A stretch of DNA of 64,000 bases from positions 7,335 to 71,334 of the forward strand of contig JAFUIQ010000001.1 in NCBI GenBank assembly GCA_017468385.1, read 5' to 3'. The stretch is from Clostridia bacterium. Its GTDB lineage: Bacteria; Bacillota; Clostridia; Oscillospirales; CAG-272. Made by a program: the position numbers and the translations under genes. Positions 26,358-36,423 of the stretch are shown piece after piece. The notes beneath the pieces are model-generated. The model made no database searches and was not told where the DNA came from. It saw nothing but the letters and a program-made list of their open reading frames with translations. Within the stretch, counting starts at the first letter, position 1, and each line of letters starts with the position of its first letter.

Positions 26358-28367
26358 ATGATGGGTGGACCGCCGCCCGGCTTCAGAGGTCCGGATCACG
26401 CAACCGAACACATAAAACCGCCGAAACCCCAATCCATCCGGCAGGTGCCGGGATACCTGATACAGCTTCTGGGGGGATTTTTCTCCCGTTTGTTTTACAT
26501 ATTCCGCCTGGTATGGGATGCCAAACCGTGGATCTTGTTTGTCATGGTCTTCATGGCTGTGTTCAACGGTGTCCGCCCGGTCATTGATGCCCATATTGCC
26601 CGTTTGCTTCTCACAGCGTTGGGCGATGCGGGCACCGCACTTGTCAACCATACGCAGTATGAATTCTCACACATTCTGTACCTGCTGGTGTTCCAGTTCG
26701 GGTTTATGTTCGCAGCCAATCTTTTGATGAATGTGTACAATATGATGATCCGCATTGCGGGAGAGCTGGTTACCAATCACATCAAGATGAAAATGCTGTA
26801 CAAAGCTCGAACCATCGATATTGCCAGCTTTGACCGACCGGAATTCTACGAGAAAATGGAAAATGCCAATCGGGAGGCAGGCTCCCGTCCGATTCAGATC
26901 CTGCGCTCCACTTTTTCCATTGTCAGCAGCATCATCACTATGGTATCCTTCATCGCGGCACTCTGGCAGGTCAGCACCACCGCACCGCTTTTGATTATTG
27001 CCCTGTCTGTGCCGTCGGCAGTGATCACGTTTATCTACCGCAAAAAGAATTTTCTGTACATGCGGCGCCGTTCCAAGGATCGCCGCAAGATGAGTTATTA
27101 CAGCGACACCATCACCAACAAGGATATTGTCAAGGAAATCCGGCTGTTTGATTTATCGGATACGTTCATCGGGCATTACAAGGATACATTCAAAAATTAC
27201 TTTAAAGGAATCAAGAAGCTGATCCTCAGCGAGGGAGCCTGGCACATCGGTTTGTCCGTCGCCTCCTCCGCCGTTCACTGCTACTTGTTTCTGTACATCG
27301 CCCGAAAAGTGTACGAGGGTGTACTGAAACTGGGTGATTACTCCTTTTATACTGGCGCGCTGAAAAGCATCTCCGGCGGTTTCGCATCGCTGATCGACAC
27401 CGTCGCCACCATATACGGCGGAACGCTGTTTATCGACAACATGATCGCTTTTATGGACGAAGAACAGACCATCAAACCGCGTCTGTCTCCGCCTTTGCCG
27501 GTGAAGCGGCACTGCGGTCACACCATTGAACTGCGTCACGTAAGCTTCCGCTATCCGGGTACCGAGCGTATGGTGATCCGGGATGTGAATCTGACACTGC
27601 GGGAGGGTGAAACCGCTGTTCTGGTTGGTCTGAACGGCGCGGGAAAAACCACCCTGATCAAGTTGATCACGCGGCTGTACGATCCGACCGAGGGCGAGAT
27701 CTATCTGGATGGAAAAGACATCCGCGATTACGATCTGAAGGAACTGTACAAGATGTTCGGCATCATTTTCCAGGACTTCGGAAAATATGCGGTATCTGTG
27801 CAGGAAAATATTGCGTTCGGCGATATTTCCCGGGGCATCGTTCCCGAGAACATCGCCGCCGCGGCCAAGCAAAGCAGTGCCGATGCCTTTATTGAGAAAC
27901 TGCCCGACGGATATGATACGCCATTGATGCGGTATTTCGAGGAAAACGGCATTGAGCTGTCCATCGGTCAATGGCAGAAGCTGTCCATTGCGCGGGCATT
28001 CTACAGTGATTCGGATATACTGATTCTGGATGAGCCCACCGCCTCCCTGGATCCTATGGCGGAGCAGGAAATTTTCAACCAATTCGATACACTGCGCCGC
28101 GACAAGACCACCATATTCGTCTCCCACCGTTTGTCCAGCGCCACCACCGCCACGAAAATCATCGTGATGGAAAACGGGGCCGTAGTGGAAGAAGGCAATC
28201 ATCGGGAACTGATGGCAAAGCGCGGGAAATATCACGAATTGTTTACCACCCAGGCCAAGCGGTATATCACGGATTGGGATGTTCCCCCGGATTCCCGACA
28301 CGGAGATACACGTCCTGCGCCGCACGGTCGCCCGCCCATGCCGCCGCACATGCGTGATAATTGTTAA
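26358..28367 (+). CDS. ABC exporter, fused permease plus ATPase (MsbA/MdlB type)
   Basis: Six-TM ABC_membrane region, then GLNGAGKTTL (Walker A), LSIGQWQKLSIARA (signature), ILILDEPTASLD (Walker B), SHR (H-loop). Both tails are Pro/Gly-rich: MMGGPPPGFRGP.. and ..PAPHGRPPMPPHMRDNC. Confidence 0.88.
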   Translation: MMGGPPPGFRGPDHATEHIKPPKPQSIRQVPGYLIQLLGGFFSRLFYIFRLVWDAKPWILFVMVFMAVFNGVRPVIDAHIARLLLTALGDAGTALVNHTQYEFSHILYLLVFQFGFMFAANLLMNVYNMMIRIAGELVTNHIKMKMLYKARTIDIASFDRPEFYEKMENANREAGSRPIQILRSTFSIVSSIITMVSFIAALWQVSTTAPLLIIALSVPSAVITFIYRKKNFLYMRRRSKDRRKMSYYSDTITNKDIVKEIRLFDLSDTFIGHYKDTFKNYFKGIKKLILSEGAWHIGLSVASSAVHCYLFLYIARKVYEGVLKLGDYSFYTGALKSISGGFASLIDTVATIYGGTLFIDNMIAFMDEEQTIKPRLSPPLPVKRHCGHTIELRHVSFRYPGTERMVIRDVNLTLREGETAVLVGLNGAGKTTLIKLITRLYDPTEGEIYLDGKDIRDYDLKELYKMFGIIFQDFGKYAVSVQENIAFGDISRGIVPENIAAAAKQSSADAFIEKLPDGYDTPLMRYFEENGIELSIGQWQKLSIARAFYSDSDILILDEPTASLDPMAEQEIFNQFDTLRRDKTTIFVSHRLSSATTATKIIVMENGAVVEEGNHRELMAKRGKYHELFTTQAKRYITDWDVPPDSRHGDTRPAPHGRPPMPPHMRDNC

Positions 28368-28417
28368 TTTTGTTGCATTTTTTACACAAATCACGCATAA
28401 TTTCTCACGATACGCCG

Positions 28418-28446
28418 TTGACATTTCGACTAAATATTCATATAAT
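28418..28446 (+). promoter_or_regulatory. Consensus promoter for the aspartate kinase gene
   Basis: TTGACA (28418-28423), 17 nt spacer, TATAAT (28441-28446). Confidence 0.6.
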
Positions 28447-28495
28447 ATACTATATTACATTTTTTAATGAATAATTTTTCGTCAGGAGAAACACC

Positions 28496-29845
28496 GTGAA
28501 CTCGCAAAACTACATTTCTGTATCCGCAGAACCCGTCAAAGTTGTCAAATTCGGCGGCAGCTCCCTGGCCGATGCGGAGCATTTCCGCATGGTCAAAGAT
28601 ATTGTTACCGCTGAGTCCAGCCGCCGCTTCGTTGTCCCCTCTGCTCCCGGCAAGCGCTTCAACGGCGATGACAAAGTTACGGATCTCTTTTATAAATGCT
28701 ATGAGGTATCCGATGACCGCACCGCGCTGAAAGAGGTCTTTGAGCGCGTAAAGGAGCGGTACGAGCTGATCATCCAGGGACTGGGTCTGTCCCTCAATCT
28801 GTCCGCTGAGTATGAATCCATTCTGAGTGCCATCTCCCACCACGCCGGACGGGACTATGCCGCCAGCCGCGGTGAGTATTTGAACGGCATCATTCTGGCT
28901 CACCTGCTGGGATACGATTTCATCGACGCCGCCAAGGTGATCCGCTTCGCGGAGGATGGCTCCTTCGACAGCGAAACCACCAACGAGATTCTCGGAAAAG
29001 AACTGGCCAAGCACGACCGTGCCGTTATCCCCGGATTCTACGGCTCCATGCCCAACGGCACCGTCAAGACTTTCTCCCGCGGCGGATCCGACATTACCGG
29101 TTCCATTGTTGCCCGCGCAGTGAATGCCTGCCTGTACGAGAACTGGACCGATGTCACCGGCTTTTTGACCGCGGATCCCCGCATCATCACCAATCCCCGA
29201 AAGATCGATGTGATCACCTACCGGGAGCTTCGTGAGCTTTCCTACATGGGTGCGACGGTACTGCATGAGGACGCTATCTTCCCCGTTCGCTTTGCCGGTA
29301 TTCCGATCAACATCCGCAACACCAATGCGCCCAAGGAATCGGGTACGATGATCGTGGCTTCCGCCGATCCTTCCGCTCCCACGCCCACCATCACCGGTAT
29401 TGCCGGCAAGACCGGCTTCTCCGTTCTCAATATCGAAAAGGATATGATGAATGCGGAGCTGGGCTTCGGCCGCAAGGTACTGGAAGTGATTGAGGAGTGC
29501 GGTGTGGCCTTTGAGCATCTGCCCTCCGGCATTGACACCATGAGCGTGATTATGAACACCCACGATATCGAAAAATGCCGTCAGAAGATCATCGACGGTA
29601 TCTGCCACGAGGTGGAGCCGGAATTCATCAGCATTGAGGATGATCTGGCACTGATCGCCGTGGTAGGCCGCGGCATGGTAAAATCCAAGGGTACTGCTGC
29701 CAGATTGTTCAAGGCTTGCGCCGCGGCGGACATCAACATCCGCATGATCGATCAGGGCTCCAGCGAATTGAACATCATCATCGGTGTGGACGCCGGCGAC
29801 TTCGCCCGCGCGCAGAACGCAATCTACAAAGAATTTGTAGGCTGA
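28496..29845 (+). CDS. lysC: Aspartate kinase (with C-terminal ACT domains)
   Basis: ..VKVVKFGGSSLADAEHF..FSRGGSDITGSIVA..TDVTGFLTADPRI..ELSYMGATVLHEDA.. and ACT-like ..IAVVGRGM..IRMIDQGSSELNIIIGV. GTG start with an AGGAG SD. Confidence 0.9.
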   Translation: MNSQNYISVSAEPVKVVKFGGSSLADAEHFRMVKDIVTAESSRRFVVPSAPGKRFNGDDKVTDLFYKCYEVSDDRTALKEVFERVKERYELIIQGLGLSLNLSAEYESILSAISHHAGRDYAASRGEYLNGIILAHLLGYDFIDAAKVIRFAEDGSFDSETTNEILGKELAKHDRAVIPGFYGSMPNGTVKTFSRGGSDITGSIVARAVNACLYENWTDVTGFLTADPRIITNPRKIDVITYRELRELSYMGATVLHEDAIFPVRFAGIPINIRNTNAPKESGTMIVASADPSAPTPTITGIAGKTGFSVLNIEKDMMNAELGFGRKVLEVIEECGVAFEHLPSGIDTMSVIMNTHDIEKCRQKIIDGICHEVEPEFISIEDDLALIAVVGRGMVKSKGTAARLFKACAAADINIRMIDQGSSELNIIIGVDAGDFARAQNAIYKEFVG

Positions 29846-29854
29846 AAACAAATC

Positions 29855-29890
29855 GGGCTGCTGTAGCATCAAACCACAGCAGCCCTTTTG
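29855..29890. terminator. Terminator between convergent lysC and the HIT gene
   Basis: GGGCTGCTGT-(11 nt)-ACAGCAGCCC-TTTT. Confidence 0.6.
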
Positions 29891-29904
29891 AATATTGCTC
29901 AGGA

Positions 29905-30243
29905 TCAGACAATGTGTTCCGGCAGCTTCTTGCCGCCCAGAATATGAAAATGCAGATGCTGCACCGACTGTGCCGCGTCCTCGCCGCAGTTGGAGATCAC
30001 ACGGTAGCCGTTGGTGATTCCGGCCAGGCGGGCAATGTGGGGGATTTTCTCAAAAATCTTTGCCACGCAGGCGCTGTTCTCTGCACTCACACCGTCCATC
30101 GAGGGAATGTGCGTCTTGGGAATGACCAGGACATGCACCGGTGCTTCGGGATTGATATCGTGAAACGCCAGCATCGATTCGTCTTCATACACTTTGTTCG
30201 AGGGGATCTCACCCGCAATAATTCTGCAAAACAAGCAATCCAT
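29905..30243 (-). CDS. HIT-family (histidine triad) nucleotide-binding protein
   Basis: MDCLFCRIIAGEIPSNKVYEDESMLAFHDINPEAPVHVLVIPKTH..QSVQHLHFHILGG carries the HxHxH triad. Confidence 0.9.
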   Translation of the reverse strand: MDCLFCRIIAGEIPSNKVYEDESMLAFHDINPEAPVHVLVIPKTHIPSMDGVSAENSACVAKIFEKIPHIARLAGITNGYRVISNCGEDAAQSVQHLHFHILGGKKLPEHIV

Positions 30244-30326
30244 TTTGAATCTCCTTTGCCGCGCCGCGGCTTTGAAATGTTCGTAATTATAGTAGCATAA
30301 TTCTGTTTATAAATCAAGAGGATGTT

Positions 30327-31136
30327 ATGAAAGTATTCGATATTCACACCCATACATATCCCGAAGCCATCGCCGAGCGTGCGGTGGTGAATCTGGGAAA
30401 ATTCTATGATTTCGTACCCGAGGGAAAAGGAACCTACAACGATCTGGTGTCCCAGGCTGAAGAAAACCACGTGGGTGGCTATCTGCTCTTCTCCGTGGCT
30501 ACCAATGCCCATCAGGTACAAAAGGTGAACGATTCCATCGCCGCACTGGCACAGCGCTCCCGGGATGAGGGATTTTTGACGGTGGGCTTTGCGGGAATGC
30601 ACCAGGATTTTCCGGATTTTGAGGCGGAGATCAACCGCTGTGAGGCCATGGGGCTGTGCGGTGTGAAGATCCATCCCGACATTCAGGAAGTGGACATCGA
30701 TGACCCCAAAATGCTGCCGCTGTATGAGATCGTGGAGGGCCGTATGCCCGTGTATTTCCACATCGGTGACGACCGTCCGCAATACCGTTTTTCCGAGCCG
30801 AAGAAACTGGCACGGATTCTGAAGATGTTCCCCAAGCTGGAAGTGGTAGCCGCACATCTGGGCGGCTATCGGGCCAAGGCCGAAGCCATCGAATATCTGG
30901 CCGGCAAACCGAATGTATATTATGACACCTCCAGCGCATTGTGGTATCAGTCCCCCGAGGAAGCATCGGATACCATTCACAAGCTGGGATGCGAGAACGT
31001 AATGTTCGGCACAGATTATCCGGTAAAAAATCCCAAAACGGAGTTGGAGCTGTTTTCACGGCTCACCTTGACCGATCAGCAGCGGGAGGATATTTTATGG
31101 AACAACGCTATTCGTTTCCTGAAACTGAAACCGTAA
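30327..31136 (+). CDS. Amidohydrolase-family (TIM-barrel metal hydrolase, PF04909-like) protein
   Basis: MKVFDIHTHTYPE (HxH)..GVKIHPDIQ..PVYFHIGD..VVAAHLGG..VMFGTDYPV. Confidence 0.8.
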   Translation: MKVFDIHTHTYPEAIAERAVVNLGKFYDFVPEGKGTYNDLVSQAEENHVGGYLLFSVATNAHQVQKVNDSIAALAQRSRDEGFLTVGFAGMHQDFPDFEAEINRCEAMGLCGVKIHPDIQEVDIDDPKMLPLYEIVEGRMPVYFHIGDDRPQYRFSEPKKLARILKMFPKLEVVAAHLGGYRAKAEAIEYLAGKPNVYYDTSSALWYQSPEEASDTIHKLGCENVMFGTDYPVKNPKTELELFSRLTLTDQQREDILWNNAIRFLKLKP

Positions 31137-32233
31137 CCGATTTGCGCGATCTATTCCCACGGGAGGATTGTGTGTGGGAAATCCTGCGCACAACGGACCG
31201 GCCGATCGTTCTGTACGGCACGGGCAACGGCGGGGACAAGCTGATCAGCGCGCTGGAAAGAATCGGGCGCAAGCCTGACGGCGTATTCGCCAGCGACGGA
31301 TTTGTACGGAATCGCTCCTTTCACGATATGCCGGTTCTCTCTCTGGCGGATGCGGAGAAGAACTTCGGGCACGACATGATGATCCTTGCCGCGTTTGGCT
31401 CCTCTGTACCTGAGGTAATGGATCATATGCGATGGCTGGACGAGAATTACGAATTTTTCATGCCGGAATTGCCCCTGTACGGCGGGGATCTGTTCGACTT
31501 CGATTACTTCATGGAGCACATCGACGAGATCAACGAGACCTTCGCCCTTCTCACCGACAGCGTATCCCGGGATATATTTTGCGACATTCTCCGCTACCGT
31601 TTGAGCGGAAGAATCGGGTATCTGGAAGAAACGGAACCCTTTTCCTATTCCCTGTGCTGTCTGACTCACACCGATTCTGTACGCACCGCCCTGGACGGGG
31701 GAGCGTACACCGGGGACACGGCACGGGAGATGCGTCAGGTACTCCCGCATCTGGAAAAACTGATCGCCGCAGAACCGGACGCACGGACCTTCCGGAAATT
31801 GTCGGAATTCGCCTCCACGGCACCGGACGTGATCCGTCCCGTAAACTGCGCATTGGGGGATACGGTAGGCACCTATACCTTCTCCTCCTCCGGCAGCCGC
31901 GGATCCGGAATCGCCGGAAGAAACAAGCGGGCCAAGACGGTGGAAATCCAGACCAGCACCGTGGACACGCTTTGTGAGGGGTGGACGCTGGATCTGCTCA
32001 AGTTGGATATTGAGGGGGACGAGGCCGCCGCTCTGCGAGCCGCGGAGAACACCATCCGCCGCTGTCAGCCGGCGTTGGCTGTATCGCTGTATCACCGCAG
32101 CGAGGATCTGTTCGCCCTGCCCCGGCAAGCGGCCGCGCTGTGCGGGGAGGGATACACTTACCACCTGCGCCGCGTGCCCTGCTATCCTGCGTGGGATCTG
32201 ATGCTATACGCCATTCCCGCTCGACTGAAGTAA
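31097..32233 (+). CDS. FkbM-family methyltransferase
   Basis: ..ALDGGAYTGDTAREM..LIAAEPDARTFRKL..NCALGDTVGTYTF..LDLLKLDIEGDEAAALRAAENTIRRCQPALAVSLYHR matches the FkbM pattern. The ATG at 31097 overlaps the upstream gene by 40 nt. An alternative GTG at 31172 has GGGAGGA upstream. Confidence 0.75.
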   Translation: MEQRYSFPETETVTDLRDLFPREDCVWEILRTTDRPIVLYGTGNGGDKLISALERIGRKPDGVFASDGFVRNRSFHDMPVLSLADAEKNFGHDMMILAAFGSSVPEVMDHMRWLDENYEFFMPELPLYGGDLFDFDYFMEHIDEINETFALLTDSVSRDIFCDILRYRLSGRIGYLEETEPFSYSLCCLTHTDSVRTALDGGAYTGDTAREMRQVLPHLEKLIAAEPDARTFRKLSEFASTAPDVIRPVNCALGDTVGTYTFSSSGSRGSGIAGRNKRAKTVEIQTSTVDTLCEGWTLDLLKLDIEGDEAAALRAAENTIRRCQPALAVSLYHRSEDLFALPRQAAALCGEGYTYHLRRVPCYPAWDLMLYAIPARLK

Positions 32234-32274
32234 AAAACATCCCGTAATGCACAGGCATTACGGGATGTTTTGCG

Positions 32275-32979
32275 TTATTCTCCAAGGAGCACTTCCCGGT
32301 TGGTACCGTAGAAGATATCGTCCTTTTCGGCCAGGATGGAGCACAACTCCTCCATCTTCTCCCAGGAATCGCCCCGGTCAAACTCGTAGGAATGTCCCCA
32401 GATATAGAACAGCTTTGGTGTGTCGGGCTTCAGTTCCACAAACTCATGGGCCAGGCGGAAAAGATTGTCCCAGCCGCAGTTGTGATACACGGTAGGGCGG
32501 TACTCCAGAAGATTCTCCGTCTGCAGATCAAAACTGTTGGAGGACACAAGAGTTCTGGCGTAGCGGATGCCGGTATGCTCCTTCAGGAGGTCGATTACAC
32601 GCTGGTCGTAGTTTTGCCCGCCGTTGGGATAGGCCAGGCCCACCACGTCGTATCCGACGATTTCCGACAGCGCACGGCGGTCGTTTTCCACCTCGCGAAT
32701 CACGTCCTCATCTGCCAGTTTGGGAAGCATGGCATGGGTCAGCGTGTGGGCGGCCACCTCATGGCCTTTGTAAATCTCCGCAATTTCACTGGCGCGGGGT
32801 ACCACGCGGGGGATCGTCATCCCGCCGAAGAAAAAGGCGGTGGCGGAGCCCAGCATATCGGAGTTCAGATTGAACGTTCCCTTGAGCCCGTACTTGTTGA
32901 AAATCTTCAAAAGGCGGCGATCCTGAAACACACCGTCGTCGTAGCTGAATGTCAGCGCTTTCATTTTGCCGTGAAACAT
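32275..32979 (-). CDS. Polysaccharide deacetylase (NodB-type) family protein
   Basis: MFHGKMKALTFSYDDGVFQD (TFDDG-like motif)..HEVAAHTLTHAML (HxxxH)..GLAYPNG..WGHSYEF. GGAGG 6 nt before the ATG at 32979. Confidence 0.85.
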   Translation of the reverse strand: MFHGKMKALTFSYDDGVFQDRRLLKIFNKYGLKGTFNLNSDMLGSATAFFFGGMTIPRVVPRASEIAEIYKGHEVAAHTLTHAMLPKLADEDVIREVENDRRALSEIVGYDVVGLAYPNGGQNYDQRVIDLLKEHTGIRYARTLVSSNSFDLQTENLLEYRPTVYHNCGWDNLFRLAHEFVELKPDTPKLFYIWGHSYEFDRGDSWEKMEELCSILAEKDDIFYGTNREVLLGE

Positions 32980-32993
32980 AACTGGCCTCCAAA

Positions 32994-34646
32994 TCAAAGA
33001 TTGTATTGCAATGTCCCCTCATACCGGGGATTCATCAAATCGGATTCGTATACATAGATGTTGCCGTAACTCCATGTATAATCGCTGCCGCCGTGGCGGT
33101 CAAATGTCATCCACATATACTTGGTGCGGCTGCCGCAGGGGATGGGAATAATCGTGCCCCATCCGCGGAAGCCGCCGTCGTCGTAGTCACAGCGGAGTGA
33201 AGTACAGCGGGACAAATCCGCGAGATCGTACACATTGTACTGCGCACGGCGGTCGAAATCCGATCCGCAGCAAAAATGCAGTTTTCCGCCCACGCGAATG
33301 ATGGATCCGCCGGTGTTGGCACCGCTGCGGGTGCGATCCTTGTACACATATCCCCCGAAGGGACGGTCGGATTCAAACATGAAATAGCGGTAGCGAGTCT
33401 TCCCTTCCTCCTCCACACCGCGGCAGATGGTCATATACCATTTTCCGCTTGCCCGATCATAGACGAAATCCGGATCCTCATCTCCCGATTTCGCCATCCA
33501 GAGCGTATCATCGGACAAGGTGGCATGGAAAGACGCCTCCACGCCTGCGTGGGCGGCAAGGATATCGTTTTTGCTTTCCGTTACGTTTTCATAAGGCATC
33601 AGTTCCGCATCGATCACGTGGATGCCGTAGCGCAGGTCCCCAAGGGATGTACCATGGCACAAAACGTGCCCGTGGGAGAAGGAGCAGGCCCATATGTACC
33701 ACTCGTTAGTGAGGCGGTTGAACAGCACGGAGGACGCCACATCGGCGCACCAGATATCATCGCCGCAATCGAAGAAAATGGCTCCCTCCAGCTTCATCTC
33801 GCACCCGGAGGGGTTCCAGGAAATCACCGTCTGGAATCCGCCGGCCTCCAAGCGGGAGGACATGGTCATGAACACCTTGCCGTCGGATAGGATCGGGGTG
33901 CCGTCCTCGTAACGGATCGGCTTCATATCCGCGTGGCTGACGCCGGCCTCCAGATAAAACTCCACCGACTCGATCACAGCACATCCCGACGGCGCGGCAC
34001 AGCAATAGAGTCCCGCCACCGCATGGACAAAGGTGCCGTATTTCCCGATATGGGAAAAGGCGGGCAGATCCAACTTCAGGCAGATCTCCGGCTTTTTATC
34101 GGTGCAGATATAGATATCAAAACATTTCCCGCGGGCGGTAACGCTGAACCGCATGCCCGGCACGAAGTCGGTGGTGAAATCCTGCAGGATGATGCCCTGG
34201 GACACGCCGCCGATGAGGAGCTCATAGCCCGGTGCGATTTTGCCATTCTGCTCACCCAGAAAAATACGCACCTCCGGCTCGTTCTCTTTGGTATAAGAAG
34301 ATCGGCCCTCGGCATTGGCTCGGAACAGAAACCCCACGCCGCAGTCCTTCATGGAGCGGAGCATGACCTCATAGGACGCATAGGGAAAATGCTGTCCCAG
34401 CAGACGGCTCTGTGCCGCCGTTTCCCCGGAGGGATTGGCAAAAGAATACCGTCCGTCGCCGGTGGTTTCCGTCAGTTCAGCGGCTGGAGTCTCCGTGATC
34501 ACCGGGTACGGATCGCCTCGGTCCGTGTGAAGCCAATCCTTGAAAAAACTCATTTCTCCCAGCTTCATGCGGAGATTCTTATAGGGATTGATTGAGAACT
34601 TGCGGCGGAATTTCATATCGTACACAGAGTGTGTTTCGCCTGTCAT
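32994..34646 (-). CDS. Hypothetical 550 aa protein, possibly beta-sandwich plus beta-propeller glycosidase-like
   Basis: Long ORF with an AGGGGGG SD, ending 14 nt before the deacetylase start. Motifs such as DEDPDFVYDRASGKWYM and GGSIIRVGGKLHFCCGSD recall GH43/GH32-clan blades, but I cannot assign a family. Confidence 0.6.
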   Translation of the reverse strand: MTGETHSVYDMKFRRKFSINPYKNLRMKLGEMSFFKDWLHTDRGDPYPVITETPAAELTETTGDGRYSFANPSGETAAQSRLLGQHFPYASYEVMLRSMKDCGVGFLFRANAEGRSSYTKENEPEVRIFLGEQNGKIAPGYELLIGGVSQGIILQDFTTDFVPGMRFSVTARGKCFDIYICTDKKPEICLKLDLPAFSHIGKYGTFVHAVAGLYCCAAPSGCAVIESVEFYLEAGVSHADMKPIRYEDGTPILSDGKVFMTMSSRLEAGGFQTVISWNPSGCEMKLEGAIFFDCGDDIWCADVASSVLFNRLTNEWYIWACSFSHGHVLCHGTSLGDLRYGIHVIDAELMPYENVTESKNDILAAHAGVEASFHATLSDDTLWMAKSGDEDPDFVYDRASGKWYMTICRGVEEEGKTRYRYFMFESDRPFGGYVYKDRTRSGANTGGSIIRVGGKLHFCCGSDFDRRAQYNVYDLADLSRCTSLRCDYDDGGFRGWGTIIPIPCGSRTKYMWMTFDRHGGSDYTWSYGNIYVYESDLMNPRYEGTLQYNL

Positions 34647-34804
34647 AAACGATCCCCCCTTTCATTTTTATCATTATAGCAAACCGCGTGGAGCGTGTCA
34701 ATCGATTCCGAAAAAAGGCCGGCACAATCTGCACTCATGACGTATTTCGGCATATTATGAACTGAGGTGTCAAAACCATGCCGTATTACAGAAAGGAAAA
34801 AGTC

Positions 34805-35734
34805 ATGAACGATATAAAAATTAGTGTGCTTGGCGGAGATACGCGGCAGTTATCCCTTGCCCGCCATCTCTCACTGAGCGGATACGAAACCGCCGTGTGG
34901 GGCTTGCCGACATCCGATGGCAACGACACCGTCAGCGCATACTGTGCCGATTTCAGCGGTGTACGCTGTGCCGATCCGGAAAGTGCGGTCAGCGGCAGCC
35001 GCGCTGTTATTTTACCGCTGCCCGCCACAACGGACGGAGTGCGTGTCAACTGCGCACCGGCGGAGCGGGGAGATCCCACCACCCAAAGAGAACTGCGCCT
35101 GACGCACCTTATGCAGATACTGCCAAAGGGGGTACTTCTGCTTGCGGGAAAACCCGGGGATGTGCTTCGCTCCATGGCGCGGGATGAAAATGTCCGACTG
35201 ATCGACTACTACGATCTGGAGGAGGTACAGATCAAAAATGCTGTTCCCACGGTGGAGGGGGCCATCGCCATTGCCATGCGAGAATTGCCCATTACATTGT
35301 TTGAAGCCAGATGCACGATCCTCGGATACGGACGAATCGGAAAACGGCTTGCTCATGTATTGCATGCTCTTGGCGCCCATGTAACGGTAGCGGCACGAAG
35401 CGAAAAGGATCTGGCGCTTGCCCGCGTCGGCGGATGCACTGCCCGTCCGCTGACGGAATATCTGGCCGATCCGGCCCCGGCCGATGTGCTGTTCAACACC
35501 GTTCCTGCGCCGATTCTGACACGGGATGTGCTGGAAAAACTGCCTGACGGGCTGCCCATCGTTGAGCTGGCATCTGCGCCGGGGTGCATGGAGGCACGGG
35601 CCCAGAAACAATGCCGCCAGAAGCTGCTGAAAGCCCCCTCTCTGCCGGGGCGGACGGCCCCCTGCACAGCGGGAAAAATTCTGTTTGAATCCATTGAAGC
35701 CATTCTGCGGCGGGAGGGGGTGGGGATCCGATGA
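34805..35734 (+). CDS. dpaA: Dipicolinate synthase subunit A
   Basis: MNDIKISVLGGDTRQLSLARHLSLSGYET..ILGYGRIGKRLAHVLHALGAHVTVAARS (NAD fold). It sits directly upstream of and overlaps dpaB, which is the SpoVFA pattern. Confidence 0.85.
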   Translation: MNDIKISVLGGDTRQLSLARHLSLSGYETAVWGLPTSDGNDTVSAYCADFSGVRCADPESAVSGSRAVILPLPATTDGVRVNCAPAERGDPTTQRELRLTHLMQILPKGVLLLAGKPGDVLRSMARDENVRLIDYYDLEEVQIKNAVPTVEGAIAIAMRELPITLFEARCTILGYGRIGKRLAHVLHALGAHVTVAARSEKDLALARVGGCTARPLTEYLADPAPADVLFNTVPAPILTRDVLEKLPDGLPIVELASAPGCMEARAQKQCRQKLLKAPSLPGRTAPCTAGKILFESIEAILRREGVGIR

Positions 35735-36297
35735 TCGGTTATGCTATGTGCGGTTCCTTCTGCACCCATAAAAGATCCCTGCAGACGCTGAAGCAATTGG
35801 TAGCCGCCGGAGAGGATGTGATTCCGATTGTCAGTGAAATTGCCGCCGCCACGGACACTCGCTTCGGGCAGGCAGATCAACTTATAGAATCCCTCCGTAC
35901 AATCACGGGACGTTCGCCGATTACAACCATTGTGGATGCGGAACCGCTGGGGCCCCACTCCCCCCTGGATGCTCTGATCATTGCGCCCTGCACGGGCAAC
36001 ACGCTGGCGAAAATTGCCTCCGGCATCACCGATACAGTGGTATGCATGGCGGCAAAAGCGCACATGCGCACCTCCCGCCCATTGCTGATTGCGCTGGCAA
36101 CCAACGATGCCATGAGCGCCAATCTGTCCAACATCGCGGTGCTGCTGCAGAAAAAGAACGTATTTTTTGTTCCGCTTCTGCAGGATGACCCGGAAAACAA
36201 GCCGCACTCTCTGGTTGCGGATTTCGCACTGTTGCCGGATGCACTGCAGGCCATGAAAAACGGGAAACAGCTTCGCCCGTTGTTCCGAACCTTGTAG
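35731..36297 (+). CDS. dpaB: Dipicolinate synthase subunit B (flavoprotein)
   Basis: MIGYAMCGSFCTHKRSLQTLKQLVAAGEDVIPIVSE..IIAPCTGNTLAKIASGITDT..ATNDAMSAN. Confidence 0.88.
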   Translation: MIGYAMCGSFCTHKRSLQTLKQLVAAGEDVIPIVSEIAAATDTRFGQADQLIESLRTITGRSPITTIVDAEPLGPHSPLDALIIAPCTGNTLAKIASGITDTVVCMAAKAHMRTSRPLLIALATNDAMSANLSNIAVLLQKKNVFFVPLLQDDPENKPHSLVADFALLPDALQAMKNGKQLRPLFRTL

Positions 36298-36423
36298 AAA
36301 TCGGAAGTAAAACAGCCCAAAACCACCGCAAAAGGCCGTCTGACAGGACTTTTTTGGGCAAAACCGTTGCATTTTTTATACTGCCGTGGTATAATTGCGT
36401 AAATATATTTGTGAGGTATATCC

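Noticed and set aside
28368-28495. A lysine riboswitch (L-box) expected upstream of aspartate kinase.
   Set aside because: The whole intergenic region is 128 nt. It is occupied by a consensus promoter (28418-28446) and a 50-nt AT-rich leader, leaving no room for a roughly 180-nt L-box and no matching helices.
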